Positions 1 through 10,065 of a stretch of 20,792 bases of DNA are shown here, piece after piece. A program made the position numbers and the translations under genes. Below the pieces are notes generated by a model. It ran no database searches. It was given only the letters and a program-made list of their open reading frames with translations, and was not told the origin of the DNA. Source of the DNA: Catajapyx aquilonaris (taxonomy: Eukaryota); assembly GCA_000934665.2 (NCBI GenBank), contig KZ538327.1, positions 62,001 to 82,792 of the forward strand. The letters are read 5' to 3'. Every line of letters begins with the position of its first letter. The first letter of the stretch is position 1.

Positions 1-1490
1 AAATCTCGAAGCACTTGTGGCCCCCGGGGTTTTCGAGTTTGTCGCCAGAATTTCCAATATAAGCAGGCTCACGTGGCGAAAAGTCCAGGGGAGCAGCTGT
101 TCGTAGAAACTTGTGGCACTGCCTTTCCGTTATCGAAATTGGGCGTCAACCTTATACATTACATTCATCGATTATCCTTACAGCTCGTTGATGCTGGTTA
201 TACACCATCTCGGCGCAACATTTGGCCTTTATCGGAGCCCAAATGTTAGGTTACTCTTATTATGAGCCCGTCGGAGTCGCAAGTTACCCCCGGCTCATTA
301 TTACCGGAAGAGATTTTGGGTAACTGGCAGCTTCCATCAGAGGGTTATGTCGGCGACTATCACACTGCGTATTATTTTAGTCTGGAAGGAGTGTGGGTGT
401 GTGCCTGAGCAGGATAGAAGGAGGGGAAACAGCACATAGGGAGTTTGGCTCGCCTGTATTAGCGTTGCTAAGCTGGGAAACGTGTGAATAAATTAGTGCT
501 GGTATGTTGGCAGGGGTGGGGAGGCCCTGTTATCTCGCCAGACTATCCTCGGAAGAAACAGGAAATTACACTTCCGGACTCTTTTATAGCCTCACACGTG
601 ACTCGAATTCCTCTCGTGTCCGCTCCCAAAAAGGGCGGTGGGTGGGTAGGCATGCAGTACAAATGGATAAATCCAATCCATCATGTCGAACCCACTTACC
701 AAACCGTTGCTAATAACTCTGTTCATGTGAGCGGGCCCGGCCCAGCCAGCCGAAGAAAGAAAAGTGTCAGCTAGAAACCGCATTGAAGTCACTCGTATAC
801 CTTTAACAAAAAATAAAATAAGAGAAACCGAGACTTAGGTCTCCCTTTCAGTTTGGTCACGCGGGACGGCCGTAATCCCTGTGAAAGACCCTTAAAATTA
901 ATGCCCCACATTCCGACTTCTTTCAGTGATGCCTGCGCGGACTTTGAAAAACTCCGTGGCTGCGAATGAATGCCCAGATCGATTAGCCTTGGGCGCCGTC
1001 TCAATAGTTGGCCACACTTGGATTTTATGGGCCCGGCGTTTCGTGCGCCGTAAATCATCCCGACCTATATGTATATGAGTTATTTCGGTTTGGAGGAGCC
1101 CGGTTTAGGGCCCGAAGGGCATAGCGTGATGAGACCCGGAGTATATTGAAGCAAGGGATGGAAAAACGCGGGGTAAAAATGACTAGCTCCGTTCATCCGT
1201 GCAGAGGGATTCGTGATTTACTTGTGAATGTGAGCAGGTCTCTGTACAAGAAAACGGAGTGACCACGCAGTCTCGGTCAACGACACTCTCAATTTATGCA
1301 CGCAGGGTGACTTTAGTCTCCCCCATATATCCTCTTAGCCGCCCGGGGATACAGAAAGCAGCTGCTGGGAGGGGGGGGAAAAAATATATGCCAAGTCAAA
1401 TTGACTTGGCGACCATCTCCGTCATCCATTCATGGAGTGGAAATTTATGACCTGGAGGCTGGTCCAAGGAAGTAAGGACGTAATGCATCA

Positions 1491-1506
1491 TCTCTCTCTC
1501 TCTCTC
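1491..1506. repeat. (TC)8 microsatellite
   Basis: Read directly: tctctctctctctctc. Confidence 0.9.
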
Positions 1507-4381
1507 TTTCCCTCCAAGACTGCCGGTCAGCCCCTACGGATGAAGCCGTATAGCAAGATATTATATGCTGAGAAAATCCCCCTTCTCCCAAGATAGATTT
1601 ATTAAAATAAAAAAAGAACGCCATTGGATGCATCTGGTAGCTTGTAGGTAACTTCCAGCTGTTCCGCGTGACCCAACCGGTGCACCGTACAGTGGGTTGA
1701 AATCGCTTTGTGACCTCCCTTTGCGGACATGGCAAACGCACCTCGTTATTCGGACCTCAAAAGGCTGCGGCTGCAGTTGCCATCATGGACACGGACTTTA
1801 AAGGGGACGGATCTGTAACTCCAGGCGCTCCCCAAGTTCGTCGTCTATAGCCCGCTGCCACACTGCCGGCCGTTGTTATCTGCCCAACTTTTAGTAGAGG
1901 GGAGACAGGAATTTGCATAAATGTTATGGTTGTATGTCTAGGGTTGTCGTCTTCTTCTTTTTTCTAGGGAGGGGTTGGTGCCTCGTGGCGCCCTTGGCGT
2001 AGGGAGAGCGCTCCTGCCGGCGTAGCTTATAAATTGAAGCAAAGCCCGTAAAGCCTCGGTGGCGCCTCTTTTCCAAACGGAGCTGCTGGTGTTCCTCCGT
2101 CGCTAATGTACGCGTTTCCCTTCTTCCCCTTTTGCATGGCAAACCTTGCTACTGCTGCCAAGACTCAACCGCCCGCCCCATAATTAAGGCCGGAGCGTCA
2201 AGGCAGCACGGAATTAATTTGCGAGCCTAACTGGGATGTTTGGCTGAAGGCTCGGCATCCCCTATCTCATTTACCTTATTTGTTACGCACACAGTTTCCC
2301 TCCTCTCAACCGTACCATTCCTTTGCTGTGTACACCGCACATCCCGTCAATTTTTGCATCTCCTAAGTGATTCAGGAGATGGCAAGCTGGGGATCTGCGC
2401 AGGGGGTTTGCGCGCAGGCTGGCTCCGGCGTTGCCTTATCTCCTGGCCGCCAAGTGTCGAGGATTTTCGCCTCATTTCTCTCCCGGAGTGGAAGCAATGG
2501 GCTGTGAGAGGGAAAAGGAACGGAGAGCTTTTGGAAGGGCCGGCTCCACTAATTAGTTCATAATAATCCTAATGAAATTAAAGCCTTTGACGTGCTTTTC
2601 CCCTGCGGAGTCTAATTTGCGGCGGTGGCGAGGTCAATCTGATGCGGGCCTGAGGCTGCATGCAGCAAAATCCCCAAAGGCCTCGTGTTGCTCTGCCTGA
2701 CGGCTGCTGGGCTCGCATGCAGTTTGGCGCCGCGGTAAGCCAGAGAAGGCTTCAAAGTTTCCGCTCGCAACTTCCCTTCCTGCCTGACTCTCTCGGCCCC
2801 TCCACCATCCTACACACCTCCACATACTCCTCCCACAGAGTCCCCATTAAAAAATAAAATACCCAGGTGCAATCCTACTGCAATATTAACGCAGGATCAA
2901 ATTTGACAGAGAAAAAGTACCATCCATGACGAAACTATTTCATCTATCCCTCGTCTAGGCTTCAAGTAGGATGACGGGCTATTGTTCAGCAGCAGTTGAT
3001 AAGGACTGGCAGTAGGGTGGATCAAATCTGATCTGCTACGGGCGGCAGCCACCCTGAATGCATCCCCGGCCTTTCGCTCAGGGAGAAAAGGGCCTGGGAT
3101 ATTACTTGAGTTTCTGTACATTTTTTCGCCCTGTTGACTGCGCGCTGCAGAGAAAAAGGTAATTACCCGGAATCGACTCCCTCCGAGGGAGGAGTCTTTT
3201 ATCCGGGTTGTCTGTGCAGCACTTTATTTCCAGACTAGTTCTCCTCCGCCTTGAGTAGCAACGGAAAAAAGCCCGGAATATTGCCTCATTTCGTTCAAAA
3301 TTGTATGCTCCCTTTTCTATGGCGACGGCGATTCACAGGCCTTACACATGCTCCAGAAATTTTTGCGGTAAGCCTCCAAGCCCCAACTACTGGAGATTTG
3401 CCGGTTGAAGCAGTAGCAGTAGCAGCATGCTAGATGAATCCTCATTAGGGCCGAACATGTGCATCTGTATATTTAATTCGGAGGCCCTTGGCGCCGAGGG
3501 ATGCGGACATCGGTCGGACAAGAAGTGCGACCAAAGGCTGGGAGGGTAAGGGGTTGGGGCTGGAGGGGGCTTCAGCATGCATACTCTGGGATTTGAAGTG
3601 AGTGTCGCTTGCAGCATATTCATTAGTTGGAAATGGGGGTGTGGGGGCGAGTTGTCAGACTCTTCGGTCCCCTTTGTTGTCGTTATGGTTGCGGATTTTG
3701 GGAAGGGGCGGCAAGGGGGAAATTATGGGCAGGGGCTGGATTCAATGATACCATAAAGTGCAGGAGGCGTCAAGTGCGAGGGATACAAGTGCCGGCTTCG
3801 TTTCCCCCGGCCTGTCACCTGCAAGGATGGCATTGTTTCCAGGCTGGACAAATGCATGGAAGTTCCTCCCACTAGTGTGTCTCTGCTCCACCCACCGAAG
3901 GAGGATTTATTTTTGCTTTACGAGGAAGCGCCAAATGCGTGATCTAATTGCCCCTTTTGGGTGGCTCTATAGCGGGAATATACTGCGTGTTTCGATGCGA
4001 TGGTTACTCCATGAGTGATAGATATGATCGTTGCCTTTTCGTGAGCCAGGGCATGAGCAGTGGATAAGTGCGTGGCGTTTTGCACTGCACTTTGGAATTG
4101 CACAGTTGCCTGGGATGGACGCACGACTGGTACACGCCCCCTTTATAGATGGTAGACAACTAAACTATACTACCGTAGGAAGAGCCTAATGAGAACCGTG
4201 GCGAACTGGGGACTATTCATACCATGGGGCAAAGAGTTATGTTGCAGTGTTCAGGATTGCTAAACTAAGTAATAGACTATTTGTTTATTGCAAGTCATTC
4301 GAGATGAGACGTCAGACAACATAATTTTATTACTTTCGACAAGGGAGGTATGAATTTTATGTACAGTTTTTTAATGCACTA

Positions 4382-4606
4382 TTATTGTTTGTCGCGATTA
4401 CGACCAGAGTAAGAGCAAATCAATATGAGGAATACGACAGTAAGTCTGTTAGGCTTCGCTTTTTCCCTTCGGCCGGTACCCTTCTTGTCCTGGAATGTGA
4501 CTGACCTCTCGGACTTCTTGGCCACGAAAAGGCGATGACCGTGATCAGACTTCAAGGTGTCATGGCTCGTCGGGGTAGCCTTCTTCTCAGCCTTTGTCTT
4601 CTTCAT
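4382..4606 (-). CDS. Putative small basic protein, 74 aa (MKKTKAEKKATPTSHDTLKSDHGHRLFVAKKSERSVTFQDKKGTGRREKAKPNRLTVVFLILICSYSGRNRDKQ), function unknown
   Basis: 3' part of track ORF 4382..4786. The ATG at 4606 has a fungal Kozak-like context (tcaatcATG). 11 of 13 Lys codons are AAG and 3 of 3 Phe codons are TTC. A canonical intron lies just upstream (4682-4752). No recognisable family. Confidence 0.4.
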   Translation of the reverse strand: MKKTKAEKKATPTSHDTLKSDHGHRLFVAKKSERSVTFQDKKGTGRREKAKPNRLTVVFLILICSYSGRNRDKQ

Positions 4607-4681
4607 GATTGATATTCGGTATGCCAGCACTTGAACTTGAAGGGAACGCTGCTTGTCGCACCCTTCAGTTGTATTTAGCTC

Positions 4682-4752
4682 CTGTAATAGGGATATTGTT
4701 GTCAGTATACTGCTTTCTCTGCATTGGTCCAGGGGAGGAATTCTGGCCTTAC
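4682..4752 (-). other. Predicted 71-nt spliceosomal intron, probably in the 5' UTR of the 4382-4606 ORF
   Basis: Minus strand reads G|GTAAGG ... TACTGAC (branch point, 4707-4701) ... TTACAG|G. Length and spacing are typical of ascomycete introns. Confidence 0.5.
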
Positions 4753-4857
4753 CAGACAGGAGGAAAGTCGTTTCTGCTCTGTTCATCCACCCCTTTGAAA
4801 CTAGAATATTCTAGACTGCCAATCTGAAGCGTTCGCCGGAGATTTTCAGTGCTGGTG

Positions 4858-4865
4858 TTTATATA
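4858..4865 (-). promoter_or_regulatory. Candidate TATA box (TATATAAA)
   Basis: Minus-strand TATATAAA about 105 nt upstream of the predicted intron donor. Supported by position only. Confidence 0.25.
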
Positions 4866-5395
4866 ATTAGTTTGCCCGGCAACCGCAGGGAACTAAACAG
4901 AGACCACACGCATTATTATAGAGACTGGAAAACAATACCTGGTTGCTATGCAATCAAGTGTGTACCTGCTTACGTAAGTGGTCTGCGTATAAGACTCTCC
5001 CTCACTCCTTCACTTTGAAGAGTCACTACAGTAACCTGCTCAAGAATTATTATTTTTAAAACTACGTATATTTCAGACGATATTGTAGTCCCACAGAAAA
5101 GATGCAATTCTAAACAATACGTAAGTACCCGCCTTCACAACGATCAGAGTCTATAACAATTTTGAGGTACCGGTATATGAGAATTTGAAATTAGAAGATT
5201 ACCTAGTTCACTCTTGTGAGATAGTTTCATGTCAGACCTTTCCGTATAGGACTCTTAAATGCGTGATCAAAAATTTAATTTGACCATCATAAGGCAAGTG
5301 TCTTGGGCTGCACTACGTAATGCTTAAGTCAATTTCGACCAAAATGTGACTATGATCATCAGCATTACGTCAGTTCCTAATTTATAAATACTACA

Positions 5396-5854
5396 TTACA
5401 ATTCACTCCGCACCTTGCCAATCGTATTGGCACCGTATTCTCGGAACTTGTCTATCTCCTTTAGGACTGCCAAACGTGAGGCATATCCCCTTCTGGTCAT
5501 TGCAGGACAGTAGCCTATAGACCGAACATGTGTTGGGCCCTCGGTATCATCTTCAAAGCTCCAGAGCAATACATGTAGATGAACCCTATAGGCGGCCTCC
5601 CGAGGCTATAGCTATAAACAGTCCAGGTGTGTTCCCAAGCCCGTGAGAAACGGCCTTAGCGAAAGCGTCAGCGATAAACTGGAGTGATTCTCGAACCCCA
5701 TTGGTCCGTGGAGTCGAACGTGAATTCACCGGACGAATTGAGTTCGTTCACGCTTTCGCTGACGATAAGACGACGCTGCCTTGTTAACCTTGGCTATACT
5801 TGTGAGACTGTAACCGTCGTTCCTCTCGCATTTTGTGCCTCTATACCTTTTCAT
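5396..5854 (-). pseudogene. Frameshifted, intron-containing GNAT-fold (RimI-like) N-acetyltransferase candidate
   Basis: Model: ATG at 5854 (gcaccATG), exon 5854-5847, 58-nt intron 5846-5789, exon 5788-5697, 42-nt intron 5696-5655 (GTTCGA..GCTGAC..AAG; removing it deletes two in-frame stops), then exon from 5654 with one 1-nt frameshift near 5565. Product: MKRLTRQRRLIVSESVNELNSSGEFTFDSTDQWGRFSRAWEHTWTVYSYSLGRPPIGFIYMYC/WSFEDDTEGPTHVRSIGYCPAMTRRGYASRLAVLKEIDKFREYGANTIGK. HVRSIGYCPAMTRRGYASRL matches GNAT motif A by eye. The 3' end is uncertain. Confidence 0.45.
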
Positions 5855-8800
5855 GGTGCTTGGTCACAATCCAGCCGTTCCTTCGATTATGTTATATAAT
5901 CAATGTTATATTCAATTGATATACCCATGGAATAGGCACATGACGTATACATCGAAGACAAGCTTATACAGATCAAACCCACTTTACACAGGACATCAAA
6001 GACGAAGTTCTGGATCTGCGCTCTAACCAGTATCTTGGGCGAATCATTTCCTTATAATTGTACTACCGTGTATAACTGAACTTGCGTGATAATTGATTCT
6101 GCCATTCGCAACCAGATTCCCTCTTCTCTCATAGCCACAAAGTTGTCTGCGCTTATTCAACTTCCAGGTGCTGATTTCCTGAGCTGACTGTATAGCCATC
6201 CACAACTGGGGTCTTAAGCCGAGATAAAGTTTCTTTGCTTATGCACTGCATATTAATGCGTACGAGATGATGGGCTGAACCAAATTATCCGAAGGAACTG
6301 CACAGACTGGCGAGTAATTCGCCCGAATTCAATGCATGAATGCAAATGTATGGCCGCCATAAATCCTTGGCGAACCCATAAAAGAGTGCATATCGCTGGA
6401 CGAGCAGTCAGACAGATTCCCGCCGGTTGGAAACGGCAACAATAAAACTGAAAGTGTGCAAGAAATAATGCAGCAAAAGAGCGGACATGGGGCCGGTGGG
6501 CCAATTTTTGAATCGGCGAGTCTTTGGTACATGTTGGTCGACTTGAGTGAGGCCCGATCAGCATTCAGGCCCATTCCTCCATACATGAGTAGGCCCGGGA
6601 AGTGGCTAATGAAGGCCCTGAGGGCATCAGACATTCGGCCAACTCATCTAATCCCGGAGCCCCTGGCCCTCGGGCCTTCTTTTTCCTTTGCTTCCTACTA
6701 GTTGGGGGCTGTCCGGCATCGGGCGGGAAACTCCCGGAATATTCGGACATGATTTATAAGGCGGTTCTGTTTTTGGAAGTGGGCTACTACCTCTGGGAGC
6801 ACGGACCTAATCCCGCGCCACTTTCCGCCCTCCCTCTCTCCCTCCCACAAATGCAGCTATATCGATCAGGCTAATCACCTTCCCCCTTTTCCTATGATTG
6901 GCCTGCAGGTTGCCGGTAGTCTCTTGGCATGCTAGCTAGGCCTATAGGGATATATGGTGGCTGACCGGAAGAAGCGGATGAAATATTGGGGGTCATCAGC
7001 AGATGGTTGAATAAAGGAAGTGTACCCCCAGGAGAAAAGCTGCGCAGGTCCAAATTGGGTCACACAGGTTATATAAGCAGGGAAGGGAAGCTAGGCAGGC
7101 GAGCGGGCGTTGACTAATGCCCATCACAACGGCCTCGTTGGCTGGAAATGTAACGCAGAAATCTAATTTGTGCGCCGTATCCGCTGCTATATTGCTGCGA
7201 TATGGAGGTATTTGCTTTCACTTTGTCTGGTGTTTGCAGCCGCCCCTCCCTCCTCCGGGGGGCTGAAATATGCTTGTAATCGTCCATGTAAAGCCGGCCC
7301 TCATCGGCATGTGTAATGATGATTGTGCCGGATTGTATACCTGCCTGTCAATTAGGCCCATGTTAATGGGCTTTATTGGGATTTACAAGGCGCGGCTTGC
7401 GGCGCAATATCTGCAGCAGGTGGCGGCGTCGGCGTTACAAGTGCGCTGAATGCCAAATTTCTTGGACGGATTTGCACCCTGGAACCGGTCCTAGCTGGTT
7501 GGCTGGCCCGCTGCCGCCTGACTTAACGCCGCAAAACCACAACAGATCCGGGGGAGCTTTTTACGCGGAGGGGGTTACAAGTTAATCCGGATGAAACTAA
7601 CCGAACGAGTGCCTAGTTGCGTCCGTGGAAAAGCATGCGTTGGGGGATAAATATGTGACCAGACGCACCGACATGGTAATAAAGCAACACACAGTGGACC
7701 GATACAACAAGCCCTGGCTGCTGTAGCTCTTATTCCAACCAACACCAGCCCAGGGTCAGGCTGTAAATTTTTGAAAAGCCGGACGCTTTCACTAACCACA
7801 CCGCAGTCGTTATGTGCACAGTCATAACGTCTGCTTCCATTTTTAAATAGCAGTGTGGCGGACGCTGTTAGTGATGCTGTTTTAAGCATCGTTGGCCTTT
7901 CAACTACGTCGCATTTCACTCGTGCCGATTAAAGAACCGTGAAATGTGCATATTTCAATGCGAACTTGCTCCAAGTGCCTGGCCATAGCTGCCTGCTGAA
8001 TATTTTAGCGCCGCAAAAGGGCTGCGTCAGGTTTCAAAAAATCCAGGACTCAATGTTCCTATTTGTCTTGACTTTCAGTTGGATATGCGCTGCTAGGGGT
8101 ATTGTTATGAATGAACGCAGTTTGTATTCGTTGGCAGTGGACAAAAAAAAAGTGGAGGGAAAGAGAAAAAAAGCCCCGCAGTGGGTAGGACTATACAGTA
8201 GTAATATGCGTAATAGGCCCCTAACAAGGTATACACGGACGGCGTGCTATCAAAGCAAGTTCCTAATGGGCAGCTTTGTGGAGATTTGTGCCCAGGGCTA
8301 AAAATGCTTTCTGTGTCGGGTAATTTCATTGGTGCTTGCATTTCCAGACCGGATTACCGGAACTCCGCTTTTGACTTGTGTGTCTGGCTGCTTTCTTGGG
8401 AGGAATATTGCTATTGATTCAGAGGGGAGGAAATGAATCCGTACCACCACCTTTTCCTAGGCCAGGCCATAATGAGTCAGCGGCAGGCGTCCCCTCTTCT
8501 CAGTCAGCCCAGGCAATACGGCCGACACTTAATCGGCTTCTCGCTGGCTGCAACCCTAGAAGTGAAAAGGAGCTCTCTTCTTCTTATACCCAGTTTGATC
8601 TCATTAGCGTCCTTGGCAAGCACTGCCATTTTGACTGTCATTGGATAGGAAACGAGCAGGTAATGGGACGGGAGACTGCCAAAAAATTCCATGTCAAAGT
8701 ATCGATGACATCCGGAGGAAAACCTCGAGGGCGGCTAATTAACAATTTAGCAAGATTTGCCCCGGCTTTATATACTATCCGGCGGCGTCCAATTGGGAAG

Positions 8801-9802
8801 CAGCTCATAATTAGGAGGGCTCCAGTCATTATCAAGGATTAAGCGAGGGATTTTCAAGACTGAGCTGGAACACTTTTGCGGTGTTCCTGTTTCATGTTTC
8901 CGTATACGCACATACCGAGTCGTATTTCTGAGGCCGGGCTACACTTGTATGTGGGCCTCCCCATATTTTAGGGGAAAGAACGTGCGGCGACGTGTTTTTG
9001 GCGGCTTGGGATGGCCCTCTCGAAAGGGGGATGGAGACAGAGTGGAAGGGATTTTCAGGCGCGATTGAGAAGCAGGCTTCAGCCAGCCGGAAAGCACCTC
9101 GACGACGCTTCTGCTAGGAATTGTCGAGGAGCCGAGCATAGTGCTTGAGTGTGTGTGGAAGCCTCGGGTGGGGAATCAAAGGGGCCAGAGTTGCAAAGGG
9201 CTTCCCGCCCAACACTTTGTCCTGATGGAGCCAGAGGCGCCCCTGAGAAATTCCTCTGCAAATTCGCATCGATTATCGAGTTTCCGAAGCGGCGATTGCG
9301 GCGGTTTAATGCGGATGGAAAGGGCACTGCTCTAGCCGTCCCGTGGGGGACCCCTGGATAGAGTGCCGGCTTCAAATGCTCTCGTGTCACTGTTTTCCAT
9401 GCTGGCCACACTTTTTTTTGTGGGGGAGGGCCAAGTGAACTGAAAAATGAGGAGGGGCGCAAACAAGGGCGCGGCGGGAAAGAGATGACCAGGAGCGGTG
9501 CTGCGGTCACGGGAAGAGACGGTGGGCATTTGCAGATAGATAGCTTCTCCGAGCGGGAGTCCGGGCGCCCGTTTGCCATTCCGGAGGCCTCCAAGTTGGA
9601 TCCATCGGCTTGCAAAGCGCTTCATTTGTCTCCCGACTGCTGGGATGGGTGGGGTGGGTATGCCCACTGCTGCTCTTCACCATTCAAGGATAAAGGCCCT
9701 TCTGCTGCTTCCCAAATGGAACCAGTTGTGTGCCAGGGTGCCAGTGTTTGGTGCATGCAAATTGCGCGCTCACCACCTTTTTTCTTGGATGGACACGGTT
9801 AC

Positions 9803-9822
9803 CTTGCTTGCTTGCTTGCTTG
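9803..9822. repeat. (CTTG)5 microsatellite
   Basis: Read directly. Confidence 0.9.
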
Positions 9823-10053
9823 TTTGAGGGTGGAGGATGTTAAGGGGGGCTTGATTAGGGACAGTGATTAAGGGCAGCGGCTGTGGAATCCTCGCGGGAG
9901 AGTCCGCACTTGGATTTACTGCTTGTTTGGGGAAAAGCCTGCCTTCCCACCATTAGTCGATCAGGTTTCTCTCTCCCAAGACGTGTTCCCCGGATGATGT
10001 ATGCGTCCTGGTTCCAATCCCGTAAGTGTGTGTGGAGGTGAGGTTGCCAGGGA

Positions 10054-10065
10054 CCCCCCCCCCCC
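10054..10065. repeat. C12 homopolymer
   Basis: Read directly. Confidence 0.85.

Noticed and set aside
680..700. GGTTCGA T-loop-like motifs on the minus strand (also near 5691-5697)
   Set aside because: The flanks do not form a T-stem or cloverleaf, so these are not tRNAs.
3175..3200. GC-rich hairpin followed by TTTT, resembling an intrinsic terminator
   Set aside because: The context is eukaryotic, there is no upstream gene, and the stem is short and imperfect.
8378..8842. 154-aa ORF with a hydrophobic N-terminus
   Set aside because: GTG start, no family motif and no supporting splice structure seen.
9079..9871. Overlapping long ORFs (178 aa minus, 128 aa plus, 111 aa minus)
   Set aside because: Pro/Ser/Gly/Arg-rich with no domain motif, mostly non-ATG starts, and ORFs on both strands of a locally GC-rich patch. 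Consistent with chance.
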